This document shows positions 26,715 through 30,981 of a stretch of DNA of 30,981 nucleotides, piece by piece. Made by a program: the position numbers and the translations under genes. The DNA is from a virus (lineage: Duplodnaviria; Caudoviricetes). The stretch lies in the IMG/VR virus record IMGVR_UViG_3300026187_000059, positions 1 through 30,981 of that record; one strand, given 5' to 3'. The notes under the pieces are model-generated. The model worked only from the letters and a program-made list of their open reading frames with translations. It did no database searches and was not told where the DNA came from. Each line of letters begins with the position of its first letter. Position 1 is the stretch's first letter.

Positions 26715-27971
26715 TTATACGATTGCTAATTGAGGGTAATTAATTTTAGAACTCCAATGTTTACTTTCATTCAACCCTACGCACATATATCGAAATGCGT
26801 CTGCACTGTGCGAAGTCCAGTTGTGTTCTGGTCTATTCTTACTTTCTCCTTTTTCATTGGTTGCCCATCGATATTGACGAAGAGCATCTAAACCTTGTTT
26901 TGTTTTTTCATAATCAAACCAGCATCGACCTAACGTCATTCGTACCTGGTTAATTCCGTCTTGAACGGATAATTTGGGAACAATCGAGACCGGCATTCCT
27001 AAAGATTGAGCAACCTCAAATCTTGATTTACCCGTACCGAGTTCTCTGACTTTGGCATCATGAGGGAAATAATGCGTATCATAGAGATAACCTTTATCTT
27101 GTAAGACTGTAGCGTAATACTCCAGGCTCTCTCCAGAGTCTTCAAAGTAATCAATTAAGTGAACAGCTGTTCCGACTTGTTGAACAAACCAGATCGCTGT
27201 TTTGTCTTGCATTCCCAGATCCCAAAAGGTGGAAACTTTATAAGCTGAGTCATAAGGTATTTTACTAACTCGACCTTCATCATCACATTTACTCAAGGAT
27301 GCTGAGTAGATACTTCCAATGGCCTGTGCTTCGAAGGAGCATTCATATTCAGCCTCATACACCTCTGGAGGCATAATTCTCTTGGCTTCTTTAAGCTCTT
27401 CAGCTTCGATAATGCCCGTTTCGGAGGCCTTAAAGATCTTACCGAACCAGCTTTCTTCCTGTTGAGAGAGCTGATACATCTCGAATAAGGGAGAGGAAAA
27501 TCCATTCGGGGTTCCTTGAAAGATAACTTTTCCACCACGATCACTAGTAGCTGGTCGAATGATCTCAGCAAACATATTCGGAGGAAAGTTTTGATATTCA
27601 TCCAGAACAATCTGGTCAATATAAATACCTCTGACGTTTTCGGGTCTTTCGCAAGATAGTAATTGTATCCTCGCTCCGTTAGGAAAATCGGCTCTTAGTT
27701 CTGTTTCGTGATATTCAATATCAGGAATAACCGATGTATAGTGTTTTAAAAAATCCCAGGCTATTCTTTTGGCTGATGCAAACGTAGGAGCCATATAAAA
27801 ACATCTAGGTCGTGGTAAATCTAATGTTAAAGCAGTCTTTATAAGCTCATTAACGGCAAGTACTGTCTTCCCAAATCTTCTGTGGCAAACCAGAACTGAG
27901 AAACGCTTTAAATTACTATGGATTTCTTTTTGTAATTTTCTGGGTGTATAGGGTATCTGTATTTTTTTCAT
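26715..27971 (-). CDS. terL: Terminase large subunit
   Basis: Walker A HRRFGKT, Walker B VLDE, GTP coupling motif, and RNase H-like WDLG..D and SH.ADAFRY. Confidence 0.95.
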   Translation of the reverse strand: MKKIQIPYTPRKLQKEIHSNLKRFSVLVCHRRFGKTVLAVNELIKTALTLDLPRPRCFYMAPTFASAKRIAWDFLKHYTSVIPDIEYHETELRADFPNGARIQLLSCERPENVRGIYIDQIVLDEYQNFPPNMFAEIIRPATSDRGGKVIFQGTPNGFSSPLFEMYQLSQQEESWFGKIFKASETGIIEAEELKEAKRIMPPEVYEAEYECSFEAQAIGSIYSASLSKCDDEGRVSKIPYDSAYKVSTFWDLGMQDKTAIWFVQQVGTAVHLIDYFEDSGESLEYYATVLQDKGYLYDTHYFPHDAKVRELGTGKSRFEVAQSLGMPVSIVPKLSVQDGINQVRMTLGRCWFDYEKTKQGLDALRQYRWATNEKGESKNRPEHNWTSHSADAFRYMCVGLNESKHWSSKINYPQLAIV

Positions 27972-27993
27972 TGTTATTCATTGTTGACCCTAT

Positions 27994-28017
27994 ATCTCCG
28001 AAGGAGATCGTTTTTTT
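27994..28017 (+). terminator. Hairpin upstream of terL, with a T-run on the plus strand
   Basis: atctcc-gaa-ggagat (27994-28008) followed by cg and T7. Confidence 0.4.
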
Positions 28018-28276
28018 ATTCTTTATCTTGATTTAAATAGTCTTCCATTCGGCCCACAGTGTTACCTTTAACAACTCCTCTGCCATAAGAGTCATCTAAA
28101 ACAGTTCTCTCTGGTAGATCTGAAAGAGCTAGTTTAAAAAAGTCTAGGCTGACCTTCTTGGATGTTTTCTTTTTGGATGTTTTTTTTGTTTTTTTCAAAA
28201 TAATGTTCTCCACAGTAAAATTCATAGTTCCCATATTGAACAGGAACACCAAAAGACCCCCATTTCTGACAAACAA
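28016..28276 (-). CDS. Hypothetical protein (start uncertain, possibly TTG28198)
   Basis: Lys-rich stretch followed by SYGRGVVKG. Overlaps the next ORF. Confidence 0.5.
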   Translation of the reverse strand: MFVRNGGLLVFLFNMGTMNFTVENIILKKTKKTSKKKTSKKVSLDFFKLALSDLPERTVLDDSYGRGVVKGNTVGRMEDYLNQDKE

Positions 28277-28295
28277 TGCACTTTCGATACTTCAT
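28134..28295 (-). CDS. Small zinc-finger-like protein (CxxC...CxxH)
   Basis: GGAGG SD before ATG28295. Sequence CIVCQKWGSFG...YCGEH. Confidence 0.6.
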   Translation of the reverse strand: MKYRKCIVCQKWGSFGVPVQYGNYEFYCGEHYFEKNKKNIQKENIQEGQPRLF

Positions 28296-28504
28296 TTGTT
28301 CCTCCCTACTCCAATTAAAAACCTGATAGGGTGAAAATCTCATTGAAAAATGGTGCTTGTGTATATATGGGTTACCAGGTCTGGTCACAGGGCCAGGTGG
28401 GGGGAAATCAATATATAGTATCTCCTTGGTTGTAATAAATTATTACCTATAAAAATGGCTAAAAATAAGGCTTTTTTTTTGTTGCATAATCTGTATTATA
28501 GGAA

Positions 28505-28687
28505 CTAAAAATACCTACTATATATAGATTTGATGCCAGAATAGAGCTGAGATGTTACCACTCTCAAATAACCTAGGATTTTCAATACTAATCTCCAGAT
28601 TGAACCTAAGACTCTAATGATAAATTCTACTATATTCTCTACTATTTCCCACAATTTAATTATAATTTGTTTTATATTCTCATACAT
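28505..28687 (-). CDS. 60-aa amphipathic helical peptide
   Basis: Starts immediately after the terS stop and has a regular hydrophobic/charged pattern. Confidence 0.55.
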   Translation of the reverse strand: MYENIKQIIIKLWEIVENIVEFIIRVLGSIWRLVLKILGYLRVVTSQLYSGIKSIYSRYF

Positions 28688-29167
28688 TTAACTTCCCCAT
28701 TCAAATACTATCTTCTCTCCTGATGTAGTTTGTATAGCCATTCTCTGCCTGTCTTTGTCTGTTCCATATAATGGAGACACCTTCCCGGCCATGTGATGAA
28801 TATGCTTTGTATATATCTCGAGTAACTTCACTTCTTGTAAGGACACCTTCTCGCCTTTGGCTAGTCGGTCAAAGTAATCATCGAACTTGTCATCTAGCTT
28901 CTGGACACCATGTTCTGCACCACACTCTCTAGCATTGAGATACTGCTGTTTAATGTCTTTGTCTTTCTCTAAGTATGTGGAGAAAGTGGAATAAGCTAGT
29001 CTCCGGGCCTGAAGAGACTTGAGTACCGATTGACCATCTCGGATGTCATCTAAAACTTCTTTAATTAATGTAGTCGAATACTTGCTTGGTCTACCCTTTT
29101 TAATGGAGAGTTCTTTCTTCTCCTGTGTCGATGAGTTCTTCTGTTTCGTAGCCATTTTCGTATGCAA
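28688..29167 (-). CDS. terS: Terminase small subunit (Sf6 gp1-like)
   Basis: GRPSKYS...EV...I.DGQS, Y..AR and K.SP.YG motifs, upstream of terL. Confidence 0.8.
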   Translation of the reverse strand: MHTKMATKQKNSSTQEKKELSIKKGRPSKYSTTLIKEVLDDIRDGQSVLKSLQARRLAYSTFSTYLEKDKDIKQQYLNARECGAEHGVQKLDDKFDDYFDRLAKGEKVSLQEVKLLEIYTKHIHHMAGKVSPLYGTDKDRQRMAIQTTSGEKIVFEWGS

Positions 29168-29297
29168 TTAGATCTATAAATTCTTTCGCTTGTTTTTTAG
29201 TGAGAAAAGGATTAACCCGGATGACAACACTGAATGTGCCGTCTTTCTCTTCAAATATTATGAAACGACTTGTATTCTGAGTTTTGTCTGATTTCAT
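29100..29297 (-). CDS. Hypothetical protein
   Basis: 65-aa ORF within the operon. Confidence 0.6.
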   Translation of the reverse strand: MKSDKTQNTSRFIIFEEKDGTFSVVIRVNPFLTKKQAKEFIDLIAYENGYETEELIDTGEERTLH

Positions 29298-29312
29298 AAC
29301 ACATCATTCTGT

Positions 29313-29573
29313 TTAATTCTTCCGGTCTATTTTGAAATTCCTCACGAAGTTTTTTTTTTCTTTACTGAACTTCTGTAAGGTCTTGATTACGCTTTTAGGC
29401 TCCATGCCCATTAAATGACAGATGTAGATGAAATCTGGATCATTAACATCGAACCATGCCCGGGCTTGAGATTTTACAAATTGGTTATATTGAGGATCAC
29501 CGGATAATCCCAGTGCATCACGCATTGCCTGGCTGATGATTTCGACATAAAGTTGAGTTTCAGGTATATACAT
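29313..29573 (-). CDS. Conserved phage hypothetical protein
   Basis: PE..L...II.QA..DA, A..WF and DF..IC...G.EP motifs. AAGGA SD. Confidence 0.7.
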   Translation of the reverse strand: MYIPETQLYVEIISQAMRDALGLSGDPQYNQFVKSQARAWFDVNDPDFIYICHLMGMEPKSVIKTLQKFSKEKKNFVRNFKIDRKN

Positions 29574-29627
29574 TTTTAATCCTTATACCCATCCTCTAGT
29601 CACAATTCTCGACTATGTAATGATAAT

Positions 29628-29667
29628 ATCATATAGACACCCAAATATTTATGAACGTCATGTGAAC
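29628..29667 (-). promoter_or_regulatory. Alphaproteobacterial LexA-type box overlapping a candidate sigma70 promoter
   Basis: Minus strand GTTC-acatgac-GTTC (29667-29653) and TTCATA-N16-TATGAT (29655-29628) in the intergenic gap. Confidence 0.5.
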
Positions 29668-29685
29668 AGTGAAGTATTTTCGCTA

Positions 29686-30177
29686 TTAATAACCCCAATG
29701 ATCGGCTAATACCTGGAGTCCTTCTCTGAACTTAGTTATATGTTTTCTTGCTGGTTGATTATCTATCAATACCTGGATAATGATTGGAGCGTAGCTCTTG
29801 AGTTCTCTATTAGCTTTTAAAATAGCAGTCTGACAATCACCGGTAGTATTTAATGTTTCTTCAATATCTGCCTGGATATGATCTTTCATTAAAACTGCTG
29901 TTGTTTTTTGAACATAACCAGCACGATGATATAAGTCCTGGTATCGATATCCAACAGCATACAAAGTTTCATTAAGTTCTTTGTCTTTCGGATACAAAGC
30001 TCCTTGTTTAAAATACCAATGTAAAAGATCTTTATATTTTAATTCTAATCTTTTTGGATCTTTAGCTTGTTCAACATATTCAATTTCCTGGTAATCAGGT
30101 AATCGATAAAGTTTACCATTCTCACCTTTGATTATATCCTGGCCACCAAAGTCTGATATCTTAGCTTTTGATTTCAA
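29686..30177 (-). CDS. DUF6456-like late-gene regulator / antiterminator candidate
   Basis: AVG.RY..LY.RAG....T and FREGL..LADHWG resemble DUF6456. Its position upstream of the late genes is Q-like. Confidence 0.55.
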   Translation of the reverse strand: MKSKAKISDFGGQDIIKGENGKLYRLPDYQEIEYVEQAKDPKRLELKYKDLLHWYFKQGALYPKDKELNETLYAVGYRYQDLYHRAGYVQKTTAVLMKDHIQADIEETLNTTGDCQTAILKANRELKSYAPIIIQVLIDNQPARKHITKFREGLQVLADHWGY

Positions 30178-30179
30178 TG

Positions 30180-30446
30180 CTAACGTAATTCTCTTATTTT
30201 TCGATTAAGATATGATGCAATATCAATTCTTGACTCATGATTAGCTTTTGTATTTCCATACCAAGAACTAGGTGGAGTCGAACCTAATATGTCAATATAC
30301 ATATCTAAAGCATTACAAATTGTTTCTACAAAAATTGGCTCATTATTTAAATGTCTGACAAGGCTTTCAACTTTTGGAGCTGTTTTATAATTTGATTTGT
30401 AATTTTTTTTTGCTCCCTCTAATTGTTTTTTAGTTACTCTTTTCAT
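30180..30446 (-). CDS. Hypothetical protein
   Basis: 88 aa with an ATGA overlap and GGAGG SD. Confidence 0.65.
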   Translation of the reverse strand: MKRVTKKQLEGAKKNYKSNYKTAPKVESLVRHLNNEPIFVETICNALDMYIDILGSTPPSSWYGNTKANHESRIDIASYLNRKIRELR

Positions 30447-30679
30447 TTATAAACCTCCAATTCTGAAATCGGTATCCAATAAACTTTGTTACCTTTAATG
30501 TTTTGTGATGGATAATTAAGAGTTGATCCTTCTCTGACAATGTATGTATCAGGATAAACTCTTTGGCCATCTTTATTGCGATAGACAATATCAACCAATA
30601 AATCTTTTTTGAGTCGATGTTCTGCTATACCCACACTTCTTGTTTTCCATATTGGTTCTTTGATTTCATATCTGTTCAT
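30443..30679 (-). CDS. Conserved phage hypothetical protein
   Basis: IKEPIWK.RSVGIA and YRNKDG.R.YP motifs. ATGA overlaps. Confidence 0.7.
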   Translation of the reverse strand: MNRYEIKEPIWKTRSVGIAEHRLKKDLLVDIVYRNKDGQRVYPDTYIVREGSTLNYPSQNIKGNKVYWIPISELEVYK

Positions 30680-30981
30680 TTGTAATTCTCCGTCACAGAT
30701 TTCATGTAGCTAAGTTTAGTTCTCTCATACCAAATTTGATCCCTGGTCTTCTCATTATCGGAAGAACTCATGTCATACATTTGATAGATGATTTCCTGGG
30801 CTGTAGAGCTATCAATACCAAATCGCATACCAAGCTTCACAAAGGAAAGTTGATAATTGATGAGATCAGAAAACATATAGTAGTTACGATCTATGTTTGC
30901 TAAGTCTGGTCTTGTATAACCATCAGGAAATTTTTTGAGGATAGACTCTACTCTTGCTTCAGGTAGAGTCCAATAAAACCT
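30676..30981 (-). CDS. Hypothetical protein, 5'-truncated by the window edge
   Basis: The frame of the track's 66-aa ORF stays open to position 30981 (RFYWTLPEARV...). Confidence 0.65.
   Translation of the reverse strand, partial: RFYWTLPEARVESILKKFPDGYTRPDLANIDRNYYMFSDLINYQLSFVKLGMRFGIDSSTAQEIIYQMYDMSSSDNEKTRDQIWYERTKLSYMKSVTENYK

Larger units (their letters stand above)
1..30981 (-). mobile_element. Tailed phage (podovirus-type) genome segment or prophage
   Basis: Co-oriented terS-terL-portal-scaffold-MCP-adaptor-nozzle-ejection-tail fibre-lysis order. No tape measure, sheath or host housekeeping genes seen. Confidence 0.96.

Noticed and set aside
7879-27619. Alternative-frame minus-strand ORFs (7879, 13673, 19768, 20112, 20427, 27293)
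   Set aside because: They lie within or straddle conserved genes, with no protein-like motifs.
1-30981. Alternative genetic code (stop-codon reassignment)
   Set aside because: Long genes are intact under code 11. TAA and TGA serve as coupled stops. The break at 15750 is a frame change, not a readthrough.
1-30981. tRNA, rRNA, introns or inteins
   Set aside because: No cloverleaf-like sequence in the short gaps, and terL, portal and MCP have ordinary lengths with no insertions.

Overview
AT-rich (roughly one-third GC by eye) segment of a short-tailed dsDNA phage or prophage that looks like marine uvMED/pelagiphage-type podoviruses; an alphaproteobacterial host is inferred. Almost all genes are on the minus strand in one tightly coupled unit with TAATG/ATGA overlaps. 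Read right to left, the order is: hypothetical early/middle genes; a DUF6456-like late regulator followed by an intergenic alphaproteobacterial LexA-type box; terS; small ORFs; terL; portal; scaffold; major capsid protein; head-tail adaptor; nozzle; GNAT-like virion protein; three ejection/internal virion proteins (the last one frameshifted near its start); a main tail fibre; an array of receptor-binding modules with chaperones; membrane/lysis genes interleaved with a metallophosphoesterase; a cluster of tiny basic and metal-binding genes; and an 808-aa polyvalent-type protein. Signals the ORF track misses: (1) a convergent 28-aa membrane peptide gene with a duplicated SD-containing 22-mer, resembling a type I toxin-antitoxin locus (176-337); (2) a 36-aa, 10-Cys metallothionein-like ORF (3307-3417); (3) strong enrichment of CCWGG across the backbone, with none found in the tail-fibre cassette, most of which also lacks GATC; (4) a one-base frameshift at about 15750. 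All family assignments come from motif recognition by eye, not database searches.
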